64,000 nucleotides of DNA from positions 32,001 through 96,000 of the forward strand of contig CAVXEP010000013.1 in the NCBI GenBank assembly GCA_963760795.1. The letters run 5' to 3'. The number at the start of each line of letters is the position of its first letter. The stretch's first letter is position 1. Source of the stretch: an uncultured delta proteobacterium. Its GTDB lineage: Bacteria; Desulfobacterota; Binatia; UBA9968. This document shows positions 9,653-20,550 of this stretch, piece after piece. Both the position numbers and the translations under genes were made by a program. The notes under the pieces were generated by a model, which made no database searches, had not been told where the DNA came from, and was given only the letters and a program-made list of their open reading frames with translations.

Positions 9653-9664
9653 CAGCGGCCACCA
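9612..9664 (+). repeat. Direct repeat copy B
   Basis: gccggaggtgctggcgcgggcgacgtaggattatcaaatgacagcggccacca; matches 2759-2810. Confidence 0.85.
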
Positions 9665-9707
9665 GTCCGCGATCAGTTGTCAGCAAAAACCTCGGAGATA
9701 AAAATCC

Positions 9708-10698
9708 ATGATGAAATCCATAGTCATCTGGTTACTGGCAACTGCCATTGTGATTTCTGCTCCCACCGCCAACGCGCAACAGGCTGGGAAAATCCTCCGC
9801 ATCGGTTTCCTGGATCCAAGCACCGCTTCTGGCAGGTCGGTCCTCATGGAGGCGTTCCGGCAGGAGTTGCAGAAGCTTGGTTGGATCGAGGGGAAAAATA
9901 TCACCATCGAATACCGATTTACAGACCACAAGACTGAGCGCCTACCTGAGCTTGCGGCAGACCTTGTCCGTCTCAAGGTTGATGTCATCATCGTTACATC
10001 GCCGGCGGCGGCGTTGGCGGCCAAGAGCGCCACTACTACCATCCCTATCGTGGTGACGAACTCTGCGGACCCCGTCGGCGAAGGTCTGGTTGCCAGCCTG
10101 GCGCGGCCGGGAGGCAATGTCACCGGTTTCTCGAATTTAGCAACCGAGCTAAATACCAAAAGGCTAGAGGTACTCAAGGACGCGGTCCCCAAGCTCGCCC
10201 GAGTTGGTACTTATGCGGCGGTCGACAAATAGCGTAGCAGTAGACCTCCAAATGAAAGAGCTTAGGCCTGCGGCTCTGGCACTGAAGCTAAAATTGGAGG
10301 AGATCGAAACTCAACCCGACGCCAAGGGTTTAGAGAGCGCCTTTAATACCGCGAAGCAGAAACAGGTGGACGCGATTATGACCACCTCCAGTCCCTCCTT
10401 TTTCGCCGAAAGAAAGCGGATCGTCGAGCTTGCCGGCAAATACCGGTTGCCGGCTATTTACTCCCAGAAGGAGTTTGTCGATGAAGGCGGTCTCATGTCC
10501 TACGGGGCGGACTACGATGACCTCTATCGGCGCGCGGCTGTTTACGTCGACAAGATTTTGAAAGGCGCCAAACCGGCTGACCTGCCGGTGCAGCAGGCGA
10601 CCAAGTTTGAGTTTGTCATCAACTTGAAGGCGGCGAAACAGATCGGACTGACACTTTCACCGGAGTTTCTCTCGCGGGCGAATCGGGTGATCAAATGA
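9708..10698 (+). CDS. ABC_sub_bind protein copy 3 (frameshift ~10210)
   Basis: ORFs 9708..10232 and 10204..10698 join into a full-length family member. Confidence 0.9.
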
Positions 10699-10822
10699 AT
10701 CAAGATCCTTCACATTCGTTCAGGACAAGTTTTGGATTTTCGTCTGCGGAACCGCTTTTCGAATTTGGATTGGGGACTAGGACATGACTTGCCTGCCCTC
10801 GGCGCAATTTAACTGTTCGGAC

Positions 10823-10848
10823 GGGCAACCACGGGGGGTTGCCCCTAC
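10823..10848 (-). repeat. GTAG-type REP hairpin
   Basis: Reverse strand GTAG-GGGCAACC-ccccgt-GGTTGCCC. Confidence 0.7.
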
Positions 10849-10878
10849 ATCGATAAATGATAAGAGGTGCAGATCATT

Positions 10879-11874
10879 ATGAAGCAATCCTTATTCATCT
10901 CGCTACTACTGCTTTTCACCAACGTTGCCTTCGCCCAGGACGCCAAGCTCATCGAAGCGGCCAAGAAAGACGGCAAGCTGATCGTCTACGGCACCATGCA
11001 ATCGGATATATTCGAACTGCTGCAAAAATCCTTTCAAAGAAAGACCGGCATCGCCATCGACTACTGGCGCACCTCGGCGACCAAGGTGATGGAGCGCGCG
11101 CTCAGCGAAGCGCGCGCCGGCAAGGCGCTGTTCGATCTGGTCATGTCCACCGAAGACACCCAGCGGATTATGCTCAAGGAAGGCATCCTGACGAAATACG
11201 AATCGCCGATGATCAAAGACTTTCCCAAAGACGCGATCGACCCGCAATTGGGACCGCGGGCGCGCAACCATATCGTCGGCGTCATGTATAACAAGAATGA
11301 GATAAAACCCGCCGACGCGCCGAAGACTTTAGAAGATCTAGTCAAGCCGCAATACCGCGGCAAGCTGGTCATGGCCGATCCGACCTTGCACACGACGACG
11401 GCGCAATGGCTCGCCAACTTGCATAAGCTCATGGGCAAAGACCGGGCCGACAAATTTATCCGCGATCTCGCCGCGATGAAGCCGATCCTAGTGGAATCCT
11501 TCGCCCCCTCCGCCGACCGCGTCACCACCGGCGAGACTCCCATCGGCATCACCTACGTCTATTACGTATTTTTGAACGGCCAGAAAGGCGCGCCAGTGGA
11601 CTACGTGCGCGGCGACTACCGGCTCCTGGGCGACGCCAGCTACATGTCGATCTTCCACAAAGCGCCCCATCCGAGCGCCGCCAAAGCTTTCATCGACTTT
11701 TTCCTCGATGACGAGAGCATGAACATCATGGCCAAGGCCGGCGAGTTCGTAAACCGCAAAGGCGTCTACCCGCCGGTGCCCGACGCGGATAAGATCAAGT
11801 TCGTCGAGATGGACGATCTCGGCGAGATCTTCTACGCCGAGAAACGCAAAGAGTTCCAGAAGCTATTTCGCTAA
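10879..11874 (+). CDS. ABC extracellular solute-binding protein (Fe3+/AfuA-like family)
   Basis: Signal peptide, LIEAAKKDGKLIVYG, KAPHPSAAKAFIDF. Confidence 0.88.
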   Translation: MKQSLFISLLLLFTNVAFAQDAKLIEAAKKDGKLIVYGTMQSDIFELLQKSFQRKTGIAIDYWRTSATKVMERALSEARAGKALFDLVMSTEDTQRIMLKEGILTKYESPMIKDFPKDAIDPQLGPRARNHIVGVMYNKNEIKPADAPKTLEDLVKPQYRGKLVMADPTLHTTTAQWLANLHKLMGKDRADKFIRDLAAMKPILVESFAPSADRVTTGETPIGITYVYYVFLNGQKGAPVDYVRGDYRLLGDASYMSIFHKAPHPSAAKAFIDFFLDDESMNIMAKAGEFVNRKGVYPPVPDADKIKFVEMDDLGEIFYAEKRKEFQKLFR

Positions 11875-11876
11875 TT

Positions 11877-12911
11877 ATGATGATCCGACCCAGCACCCGA
11901 TTACTCCAACACTCTAATTTCGTGTTCGTCTTCGTGCTCGTGCTCGTGACTTTGATTGCGAGTGGCGGTGAATTGCGCGCGCAAGCCCTGATCAAGGTCC
12001 CCTTCCCCTACTCGCCGATCAACTCAAGCAGTTTACCTTGGATGATCGCCAAGGATGCCAAGCTGTTTGAGAAGCATGGGCTCGATGTCGACTTGGTCTA
12101 CTTCGGCGCTTCGTCGCTGATTCTCCAGACGATGCTGTCAGGCTCGGCCAACTATGCCGGCTTTGCCGGACCGGCGATCATCTCCAACGTGCTCAAAGGC
12201 GGCGACGTGATTACCATAGGCGCTCTCACGCCGATGAGCATTTCGCTGCTCACCCGGGCGTCCATCGAAAAGGGCGAAGACCTGCGCGGCAAGAAGATCG
12301 GCATCAGCCGCCTCGGCGCGGTGCCGCACTTAGCGATTCAGTTGATCCTGGATAAATTCGCGATCAAAGACGCGACCATTCTACAAATGGGCGGCCAGCC
12401 CGAAGCAGCGGCCGCGCTACGAAGGGGCATCGTCGACGGCGCCATGGTTTCGGCGCCACTATCGTTTCAGCTGGTCAAAGAGGGGTTTCGCGAGTTGATC
12501 GGCACACCGGAGTACCAGAGGTTAGGAATCAATTTTACTTCGCAGGGCATCGCCGCGCGCCGGTCCTTTGCCGCGAAGAACCGCGACGTGACGGTGCGCT
12601 TGATCAAAGGCACCATGGAAGGCGTCAAAACCATGTGGGCGAACGAGAGCCTGGCCAAGAAAGTACTCGCCAAGTACGCGCGCCAAAGCGATGCCGAATT
12701 GCTCGACCGCACCTACAAAGACGCGCTCGCAACCGTTGCCCGCGATCCGACCTCATCGAAAGATTCCGTTGTTTCGACAGTGCGGCTGATGGCCGACCTC
12801 GGCCTCGCCGACCGCGCTGCGGTCAACAGCACGCCAGTAGAAGCGTTCTACGACAACAGCTACATCGATGAGATCAAACAATCGGGCTTTCTAAAGGAGC
12901 TGTGGCGATGA
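11877..12911 (+). CDS. NitT/TauT (NMT1/THI5-like) substrate-binding protein
   Basis: WMIAKDAKLFEKHGLDVDLV, DLRGKKIGISRLG. Confidence 0.88.
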   Translation: MMIRPSTRLLQHSNFVFVFVLVLVTLIASGGELRAQALIKVPFPYSPINSSSLPWMIAKDAKLFEKHGLDVDLVYFGASSLILQTMLSGSANYAGFAGPAIISNVLKGGDVITIGALTPMSISLLTRASIEKGEDLRGKKIGISRLGAVPHLAIQLILDKFAIKDATILQMGGQPEAAAALRRGIVDGAMVSAPLSFQLVKEGFRELIGTPEYQRLGINFTSQGIAARRSFAAKNRDVTVRLIKGTMEGVKTMWANESLAKKVLAKYARQSDAELLDRTYKDALATVARDPTSSKDSVVSTVRLMADLGLADRAAVNSTPVEAFYDNSYIDEIKQSGFLKELWR

Positions 12912-13895
12912 CCCAACGGCGCTTTGTCGGATCTGTCCTATCCATTCTATGTTTCTACACGCTGCTACAATCGAGCGCAGAGGCTTTCGCCGCCGACGCC
13001 CCGGCGCAGAACCAAGATCAGGATCGCCACCGCGGCGCCGTCGTTGAGCTACTTTCCGATCTACGCCGCGGTGCAAAAAGGCTTCTTCGCCCGGCGCGGC
13101 TTCGACGTCGAGATGATCCAGATGGCCCCTAGCTTAACCGCGGCGGCGCTGCTCAATCGCTCGGTGGATTACACGATCATCCCCAGCACCATCGCCACCG
13201 CCGCCGCCCGCGGCGCGCCGGCGAAAGTCATCATGTTTGCCTCGGTGAAACTGCAACACACCCTGGTCGTGCGCGCCGATGTCAATGCAATCACCGATTT
13301 AGCCGGCAAGAAAATCGCCGGCAGCGGCTTCGGCAACCTGGTCGCCTATGAAATCCAGTTTCTCATCGAGCGCTACAAGCTCGGTCCCAAGACCACCATC
13401 ATCAACGCGCCGTCCTCCATCGACCGCTTGATCGCCGTGCAGAAAGGCCTTGCCGAAGCCGCGATCATCGCCGCTCCGGCCGATATCAAAGGCGAAGAGA
13501 TGGGGCTCAAGCGCTTGGTGCAGATGGGCACGCTGCTGCAAATTCCCCAGGCCGGCCTCGCCGCCACCGACGAGAAAATCAAAACCAACCGCGGCGAAGT
13601 CATCGAAGTTCTCAAAGCCGCCATCGACGGTTTGGAATACACGGCGAATCAGCGGGAAGACGCCACGGCATTAATCGGCAAATGGATGGCGCTCACGCCA
13701 ACCCAAGCAGTCAAAGCGTACGATAGCGTCAAAGACACCTACTCCCGCGACGGCGTGCCGACGCCCGAGCAAAGTAAAGCCTACATCGCCATGCTCGCCG
13801 CCACCGCCGGCCTGAGCGCCGATCTGCCGGCGGCGACGATCTTCGATTTTTCGCTGTCCGCCGCCGCTGCCAAAGAACTCGCGGCAAAAAAGTGA
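12908..13895 (+). CDS. NitT/TauT substrate-binding protein (frameshift ~13008)
   Basis: ATGA overlap with the upstream stop; signal peptide in one frame, then IYAAVQKGFFARRGFDVE, DLAGKKIA. Confidence 0.85.
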
Positions 13896-13979
13896 GAGTA
13901 AGGAGTTAGGCGTGAAGGGTTAGGAGATCTCTGACCCCACTGACTTCTGACTCCTTACTCCTAACTATTTACGATTTAC
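13896..13979. repeat. Inverted array of degenerate heptamers
   Basis: gagtaag gagttag ... tccttac tcctaac tatttac gatttac. Confidence 0.7.
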
Positions 13980-14053
13980 CCCTCCCACTGTTCAGGAATT
14001 CTCCGGTGGAATGTTATGATGTTGAGATTCGCATCAATTCCACGGAGACTTTC

Positions 14054-15338
14054 TTGTCCAAAGCATTCGGTCTCGACTTCGGCACCACCAATAGCGCCTT
14101 GGCCCTCGCCCACGCCGACCACACCGTGGAGCTCGCCCGTTTTGGCGCCGGCTCGACCTTTCGGTCGATTCTTTACTTTGAGCAAGACGAGGCTTCGAAG
14201 AGCGGCTCGCTGCGCGTGGTCGCCGGGCCTGACGCGATCCAAGGCTATTTGAATGCGCGCATGCCGGGACGGTTGATTCAATCGACCAAGTCCTATCTCG
14301 CCAGCCGGTTATTCAGCCAGACACAGATATTCAATCAAACTTTCTCACTGGAAGAATTGATCGGCACCCTGCTGCGTTATCTGCGCAAGTCCGCCGAATC
14401 TCAGTTCGGCGATCTCGGCACCAAGCTGGTGGTCGGCCGCCCGGTTCACTTCAGCGGCACGAAAGATTCAAAGGACGACGCCTTCGCGGTTGCGCGCTTG
14501 CGCAAAGCCTTTGCCAACGCCGGCTTCGACGAGGTCCACTTCTTGCCCGAGCCGGTCGCCGCCGCCTACAAGTACCGCCAGCGGCTCGACCACGACGAAC
14601 TCGTGCTGATCGCCGACTTCGGCGGCGGCACCAGCGATTTTTCCCTGGTCAAATTGCAACCGGCGCAAACTTCGACAGCTGAATTGGCCGATCAAGTGAT
14701 CGGCAATCGATGGCGTCGGCATCGCCGGCGATACTTTTGACAGTAAACTTGTGCGCCATCTGGTGGCGCCGATGCTGGGCTTGGGCAGCCAATACAAGAC
14801 TGAATTCGGCAAAGTCCTACCCGTGCCCAACTGGCTCTACGAGCATTTGGAACGCTGGCACTACCTGTCGTTTCTCAAGACCCGGAAAAACATCGAACTG
14901 CTCAAGCAGATTCGCTTCCAAGCCCTGGCGCCGGAAAAGCTCGACGCGCTGATCGAGCTGGTCGACCAGGATCTCGGCTACCGCCTGCACCAAGCGATCG
15001 AGGCGGTCAAGTGCGGTTTATCGGAACAGACGAGCAGCCAATTTCATTTCAAAGAAGCGGCCATCGATATCGAGAAATCCGTCGCACGCGGCGATTTCGA
15101 GCAGTGGATCGGCGCCGAAGTGAGCGCGATCGCAGCCTGTGTCGACAGACTGCTCGCCAATTGCAACATCGCTGCCCATGAAATCGATGCGGTATTCATG
15201 ACCGGCGGCTCGTCGTTCGTACCGGCGATCCGAAGAATCTTTGACAGCAAATTCCCCAAGGCGCCGATCCGCGCCGGCCAGGAGTTCACCTCGGTGGCCG
15301 AGGGTTTGGCGCTGCATGCGCTGGAACAGCTAAATTGA
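14054..15338 (+). CDS. yegD: Hsp70-family protein, YegD-like (frameshift ~14708)
   Basis: GLDFGTTNS, VVGRPVHF, EPVAAA, DFGGGTSDFS, VFMTGGSS; lacks a substrate-binding domain. Confidence 0.85.
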
Positions 15339-15414
15339 ATGCTGGCGCCGGCGCGTTGACACTGCGAATCGCTATCGGCTACTGTCGGTGCAAATGCAAA
15401 TCACACTTGGAGGC

Positions 15415-16401
15415 ATGATGGCGCAGTGGAAAACAGTTGCCTTGACGCTCTGGCTGGCGATCGGCTGCTTGGGCGCGCCGCTGCACGCCCAGAGCGCGCC
15501 GGACAAGATCACCCTCGGCACGATCACGCTTTCGCTCAACAATTTGCCGATTTACGTCGCCCAGGAAAAGGGCTTTTTCGTCAAAGAGAATATTTTTCTT
15601 GAAGCCGTGGTGTTGAACGCCAGCACGCTGGCGATCCCCGTGTTGATCGCCGGCTCGACCCAGGTGTCGGCATCCTCGGCCATGACCACCATCCGGGCGG
15701 TTGAGAAAGGCGCGGCGCTCAAGATCGTCGGCGGCCTGACCAACGCGCCGGTTTACGATCTCTACGCCAGTCCCAAGCACAAAACTTTCAAAGATCTCAA
15801 AGGCAGCACCATCGGCGTGTCGGGCTTGATCACCAGCGACACGGTGATCATGAAAGAAATGCTCAAGGCCAACGGCCTGGAGTATCCGCGCGATTACGCC
15901 TTACGCGTCATGGGCAGCATGCCCGACCGCTTCCTGGCGATGCAGACCGGCAATATCGCCGCGGCGATTCTCAGCCCGCCCTACAGCTTCGGCGCCGACG
16001 AAGCCGGCTTGATCAACCTCGGCGCCACCGCCAAGTACACGCCAAATTTCGTTCAGACTGTCTTCAACGTCCGCGCCGACTTCGCCCAAGACAAGAAAGC
16101 GTTGTTGGTTCGTTTCCTGCGCGCGATCCTGCGCGCCGACCAATGGATCCACAACCAGAAGGAAGACACCGTGCGCATCATCGTCAAGCGGCTTAAGTAT
16201 AGCGAGAAACATTCCGAAGCGAGTTGGCGCTACTACATCAACACCAACGCCATCCCCAAAGACGGCGAAATCAATCCCAAGGGCATGGACAAGGTCATGC
16301 AGTTGCTGGTCGAAGACGGCACCCTGGCCCAACCACCGCCCAAGACCGACAAGTATGTCGACATGAGCTATCTCGCCGAAGCGCGCCGGACGTTACAATA
16401 A
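15415..16401 (+). CDS. NitT/TauT substrate-binding protein
   Basis: Signal peptide, IYVAQEKGFF, DLKGSTIGVS. Confidence 0.88.
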   Translation: MMAQWKTVALTLWLAIGCLGAPLHAQSAPDKITLGTITLSLNNLPIYVAQEKGFFVKENIFLEAVVLNASTLAIPVLIAGSTQVSASSAMTTIRAVEKGAALKIVGGLTNAPVYDLYASPKHKTFKDLKGSTIGVSGLITSDTVIMKEMLKANGLEYPRDYALRVMGSMPDRFLAMQTGNIAAAILSPPYSFGADEAGLINLGATAKYTPNFVQTVFNVRADFAQDKKALLVRFLRAILRADQWIHNQKEDTVRIIVKRLKYSEKHSEASWRYYINTNAIPKDGEINPKGMDKVMQLLVEDGTLAQPPPKTDKYVDMSYLAEARRTLQ

Positions 16402-16460
16402 AGTTCTGCGTGACCCGCGTTGGCGATCTACCGATACCGATCACCAGATTCCCAGATTCA

Positions 16461-18371
16461 ATGATTAATCCGTCACTCGCGCTTCGCGTCACCGTTTGCG
16501 CCCTGCTTGCGCTCCAGTTTGTCCTGCCGCCGCAGACTCACGCACAGGCAGCGTCAAAAGCCATCGTCATGGCCTGGGACGGCACCGTGCCGTCATTCGT
16601 GAAAGAACTAATCCGCGAAGGTAAATTGCCCAACCTAGCCAAGCTCATCGCCGGCGGCAGCTTTGCCGACGATGTCATGGCCGGATATCCATCGAAGACC
16701 GCGCCGGGCTTTGCCTCGCTCATGACCGGTGCGCCACCGCGGGTCACCGGCATCAGCGGCAACCGCGTACCGCGCGCGCCACGTGAACAGTTTACGATCC
16801 TCGACAGTCTCGCCGGCTTCGCCGGCGCGCCGCTGCGCGCCGAGCCGATCTGGGCCACCGCCCAACGTGGCGGCAAGAAGTCGGTGGTTTCGCATATCCC
16901 GTCCTTCGCCGAGGAGCGGGCCGAGGACGTCGTACGATTCTCCGGCTACGACAATCTGATCGCCGGACGCGACGGCATCGTCACCCGGCGCGCGGTTAAA
17001 AGCGAAAGCGGCGCGCCTTGGCAAGATCCGCCGGCGAGCGACGCGACGCCCATCGAGTTTGAATTTACCGTCGGTGAATCCCAGCTGATCGGTCTGCTGA
17101 TCGACGATCCCGCCGATCCGCAAGTCGGCTACGACACCGCCGTGATCGCCGCCAGCCGCAATAGCCGCGAGATCAAAACCAGACTAAAGCCGGCGCCGCC
17201 AAGCCCCGGCAGCGAACTTTTCTGGTCCAGCCCCATCGCGGTCAAAGGCACGGGCAGTGTTGACGCGAGAGTTTATTTGCGTCTGTTCGATCTCAAGCCG
17301 GACGGCAGCGACTTTTTTCTCTACTACACCCGGCCGAGCCGCGATCTTGAGTTTAAAAAAGACACCGAGACCGGCGCCACCGTGCGCACCTTCATCGGCA
17401 ACGGCGCCAGCATTCTCTATCAAAACGGCGCCCTCGGCCGGACGCTAGCCAACGACGGCAGCGGCGGCGCCGAGGCGCGCTATTTGGAGACCATCATGTT
17501 CGCGCAGCACCAGTTGATGGAAACCAACCGCTGGGCGATTGAGAATTTACCCTGGGATCTGTTTCTCGCCTACACGCCGTTCCCCGACGAGGCCGAGCAT
17601 GCCTGGCGCGGCCATCTCGACACAACACTGCCGACCTATCGTCCGGAGATCGCCGGCAAGCTCCGGCCTTTTCTCGAACGGGTGTACCGCTCCAGCGACG
17701 AGCATCTTGGCCTGTTGTTATCCAAGCGGCCTGACGACGCCCTATTTGCGATCATCTCCGACCATGGCATGCAAGGCAGCTACAAACGCGTCGCGCTCAA
17801 TCTTTGGCTGCAACAAAACGGCTTTCTCGCGCTCGACGGACAGAACCGCGTCGACCTCACAAAAACCCAAGTACTCTACCCGGCGGTGAACAGCGGCTAC
17901 TTGCTGATCAATTCAAACGACCGCAAGGGCGGCATCGTCCGCAGCGACGAACGCAATGAGCTAATCCGCAAGTTGCGCGAATCGCTCAACTCGCTGCGTG
18001 ATGGTGATCGTCAAGTGATCGTGTCAATCATCGATGCGGAAATCGACGGAGAAACAAAAGGCATCGGCGGCGAGGTCGGCGGCGATCTTTACATCGAACT
18101 TGCCGCTGGCTATGACTTCGACCCGCGCCTGAGCGGCGGTCAACTGATCGCCGACGCCGAGCCCTACGGCACTCATGGCGCCAATCCCGACCAACCTTCC
18201 ATGCGCACGCTCATGGTGCTTAACGGTCCCGGCATTCGCGCCGGACAGAAACTTACCAACGTGCGGATTATCGATTTCGCTCCCACCCTCGCCTGGCTGC
18301 TCGGCTTGTCCCAGCCCAAAGACGCAACCGGCAAAGTGCTTTACGAAGCTTTTGTCGACAGCCCGCGTTGA
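16461..18371 (+). CDS. Secreted alkaline phosphatase / nucleotide pyrophosphatase-phosphodiesterase superfamily protein
   Basis: WDG, PSKTAPGFASLMTG, PDEAEH, ISDHG, GTHG, IDFAPTLA. Confidence 0.85.
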   Translation: MINPSLALRVTVCALLALQFVLPPQTHAQAASKAIVMAWDGTVPSFVKELIREGKLPNLAKLIAGGSFADDVMAGYPSKTAPGFASLMTGAPPRVTGISGNRVPRAPREQFTILDSLAGFAGAPLRAEPIWATAQRGGKKSVVSHIPSFAEERAEDVVRFSGYDNLIAGRDGIVTRRAVKSESGAPWQDPPASDATPIEFEFTVGESQLIGLLIDDPADPQVGYDTAVIAASRNSREIKTRLKPAPPSPGSELFWSSPIAVKGTGSVDARVYLRLFDLKPDGSDFFLYYTRPSRDLEFKKDTETGATVRTFIGNGASILYQNGALGRTLANDGSGGAEARYLETIMFAQHQLMETNRWAIENLPWDLFLAYTPFPDEAEHAWRGHLDTTLPTYRPEIAGKLRPFLERVYRSSDEHLGLLLSKRPDDALFAIISDHGMQGSYKRVALNLWLQQNGFLALDGQNRVDLTKTQVLYPAVNSGYLLINSNDRKGGIVRSDERNELIRKLRESLNSLRDGDRQVIVSIIDAEIDGETKGIGGEVGGDLYIELAAGYDFDPRLSGGQLIADAEPYGTHGANPDQPSMRTLMVLNGPGIRAGQKLTNVRIIDFAPTLAWLLGLSQPKDATGKVLYEAFVDSPR

Positions 18372-18432
18372 CATCGGCGTCGTCGTCCCATAATTTCCGT
18401 CATAGTAAATTTGTCCTTGGGAGACATTTTCC

Positions 18433-19722
18433 ATGGCATTCAATGCCTCTTGGGAACCGCCGGCGGTAGTTTCCTTCGACGAAGTTCTCAAACTCAACGA
18501 CGAAGTCACGACCAAAGCCGGTGCGCCCATCGACATCAGCGAAGATATTTTTCGCATTCATGAACTGGCCATGGACTGGGACATCGGCGTGGTTCGCTAC
18601 GCGCCGAGAGACCAGCGCCGCATCCCCACCGGACCCGACGGCAAGAAGGTCGGCATCTTCCTCCTCCACGGCGGCGTTTCCGACTTCAAATCGGTGCAGC
18701 GGATCGCCAAACTTTTACCGGAAAAGTTCGGCATCCCGGTGGCGACCATGACGTTTCCCGGCCGGTTTTACTTCCTTGACGCCAACCGCGATTGGCCCGG
18801 CGACGTCGAAAACTCCGATGGCGCGGCGCGCACACCGCTGTGGACCAAGGAAACCAAGATCACCAAAGATCAGTACACGACGGTCCAAGACACGTCGAAG
18901 CGTGAAGACTACGGCACGCTGGTTTCTCTGTCGGCAAAAGAAGGCACGGAGTTTTACCACCGCATGGCCGCCTGGCCGGTGGCCTTCGAGCAAGCGGTCA
19001 TAGATTCCGCACGCCGGCAATTTCCCGCGGGCGAATACTCCATTTACATCCACGGCCACTCCACCGGCGGCCCCTTCGCGATGATGGCCTCCCAGCGCGT
19101 CCCCAATATCGCCGGCCTGCTCGGCTGGGGCAGTTCGCCCTTCGGCTGGATGTATCCGATAGTCAGCGGCGACGACTGGAGTTTTCCGTTCAACCAATTG
19201 CGCCTGCGCACTTGGCGCGACACCGCGCGATACATGTACGAAGGCATGAAGAACCAAGACATCGGCCTGCCGATGCTGATCGAGCTTACATTTGAACGCT
19301 GGGAGAGCGCCAAGAAGCGGCCCAACTTCAAAGCCGAAGACTTTATTCACAAGAATTCGACCCAGGCCCTCGAAGCCGCCGCCCGCGCCGCCGCAACTCG
19401 GCTCAAACTATCGCACCAGGAAACCGCCGCCTTGGTCCAGCGTTATCTCGGCTACACCAGGGAGTTGTCGGGCCCCGGCGTCAAACCGGTGCCGAACTTT
19501 CTGTCGATCCACGGCATCAACGATGCCACCGTCACGCTCAAACGCTGCGAACGTTCGCTGCCGCTGTTCGCCAATTTGAATCCCGCACCCAAAGTCCGCC
19601 CCGTCTCCCTCGGCGCCGGCATTCACTCGTGGGGCTGGACAGACGATAAGCTGCCGCAAGGCATCGTGCCCCCGGTGGCAAAGCTCTGGCACGACGCGAT
19701 CATGAATGGATTCTTTCTCTAA
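18433..19722 (+). CDS. Alpha/beta-hydrolase fold protein
   Basis: LLHGG, nucleophile elbow GHSTGG, IHGINDATV, AGIH. Confidence 0.75.
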   Translation: MAFNASWEPPAVVSFDEVLKLNDEVTTKAGAPIDISEDIFRIHELAMDWDIGVVRYAPRDQRRIPTGPDGKKVGIFLLHGGVSDFKSVQRIAKLLPEKFGIPVATMTFPGRFYFLDANRDWPGDVENSDGAARTPLWTKETKITKDQYTTVQDTSKREDYGTLVSLSAKEGTEFYHRMAAWPVAFEQAVIDSARRQFPAGEYSIYIHGHSTGGPFAMMASQRVPNIAGLLGWGSSPFGWMYPIVSGDDWSFPFNQLRLRTWRDTARYMYEGMKNQDIGLPMLIELTFERWESAKKRPNFKAEDFIHKNSTQALEAAARAAATRLKLSHQETAALVQRYLGYTRELSGPGVKPVPNFLSIHGINDATVTLKRCERSLPLFANLNPAPKVRPVSLGAGIHSWGWTDDKLPQGIVPPVAKLWHDAIMNGFFL

Positions 19723-19764
19723 AGTAGACGATCAGGAGATTCCAAGCGAGGAACGAAGTGCTTA

Positions 19765-19828
19765 ACGAAGGACACGAGAGTTCGGAATAATCCCATCACT
19801 CCGAATCCTTCGTGCACTTCGTGCTCTC
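19765..19828. repeat. CACGAAG/CTTCGTG palindromic repeat (degenerate)
   Basis: acgaaggacacgagagttcgga...tccgaatccttcgtgcacttcgtg. Confidence 0.7.
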
Positions 19829-19906
19829 CGATTGGATCAAGAATTTGTCACACTGTTTTGAACGGCTTGAACGATTAATGTTTGACGAATTCATTAGGTT
19901 GAAGCC

Positions 19907-20443
19907 ATGCCAGACTCCAATCACCTAATTCTCACCGCCGTCGGCCCGGATCGGGTCGGTCTAGTGGAAAAGATCGCCGCGTTCATCGCCCGCCATGATT
20001 GCAACATCGAGGACAGTAAGATGGCGGTGTTCTGCGGCGAGTTCGCCGTCATCGTCTTGATCACCGGCGACGGCAACAAACTGGCCAAGATCGGCCGCGA
20101 TTATCGCGAGATCGAAAGCGAAACCGGCTTGACCATCTCGATCAAGACGCCGGCGCTGCGCAGCACCGCCGAATCGTTTCTGCCCTACAAACTCACCGCC
20201 TCGTGCATGGACCATCCGGGGATCGTTTATCAAATTAGTAACGTGCTGAGCGGCATGGGCGTGAATATAGAATCGATGGAAACCAAAACCTACGCCGCGC
20301 CGATCAGCGGCACGCCGATCTTCCAACTCGAAGCCGAGCTGGCCGTACCGACGCGAACCAACATCGCCGAGCTACGCGAGCGTTTCGGCGAGATCCAGCG
20401 GCAGGAGAATATCGATATCGATCTAGCAGCGGCGAAAAATTAA
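19907..20443 (+). CDS. GcvR-like double ACT-domain protein
   Basis: LTAVGPDRVGLV...CNIEDSKM and DHPGIV...NIESMET. Confidence 0.85.
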   Translation: MPDSNHLILTAVGPDRVGLVEKIAAFIARHDCNIEDSKMAVFCGEFAVIVLITGDGNKLAKIGRDYREIESETGLTISIKTPALRSTAESFLPYKLTASCMDHPGIVYQISNVLSGMGVNIESMETKTYAAPISGTPIFQLEAELAVPTRTNIAELRERFGEIQRQENIDIDLAAAKN

Positions 20444-20448
20444 CGCCG

Positions 20449-20550
20449 CGGTTCCACTGGTTCCAAACGTTCCAGGGTTCCAAACGTTTCGGAAGGGCGT
20501 CGGACCGTCGAGCGGGTTGGAACGATTGGAACCGCTGGAACCGTTGGAAC
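20449..20550. repeat. Inverted nonamer array (GTTCCA/TGGAAC) between convergent genes
   Basis: 4x gttcca followed by 4x tggaac with ~9-bp period. Confidence 0.8.

Noticed and set aside
14700-14720. Programmed ribosomal frameshift in the Hsp70-like gene (and others)
   Set aside because: No slippery heptamer, and indels are scattered across unrelated genes, consistent with sequencing error
16224-16460. N-terminal extension of the 715-aa ORF
   Set aside because: It overlaps the upstream SBP gene; the signal peptide begins at ATG 16461
20449-20550. Short periodic repeats as a CRISPR array
   Set aside because: Units are 7-9 bp with no unique spacers, and there are no cas genes
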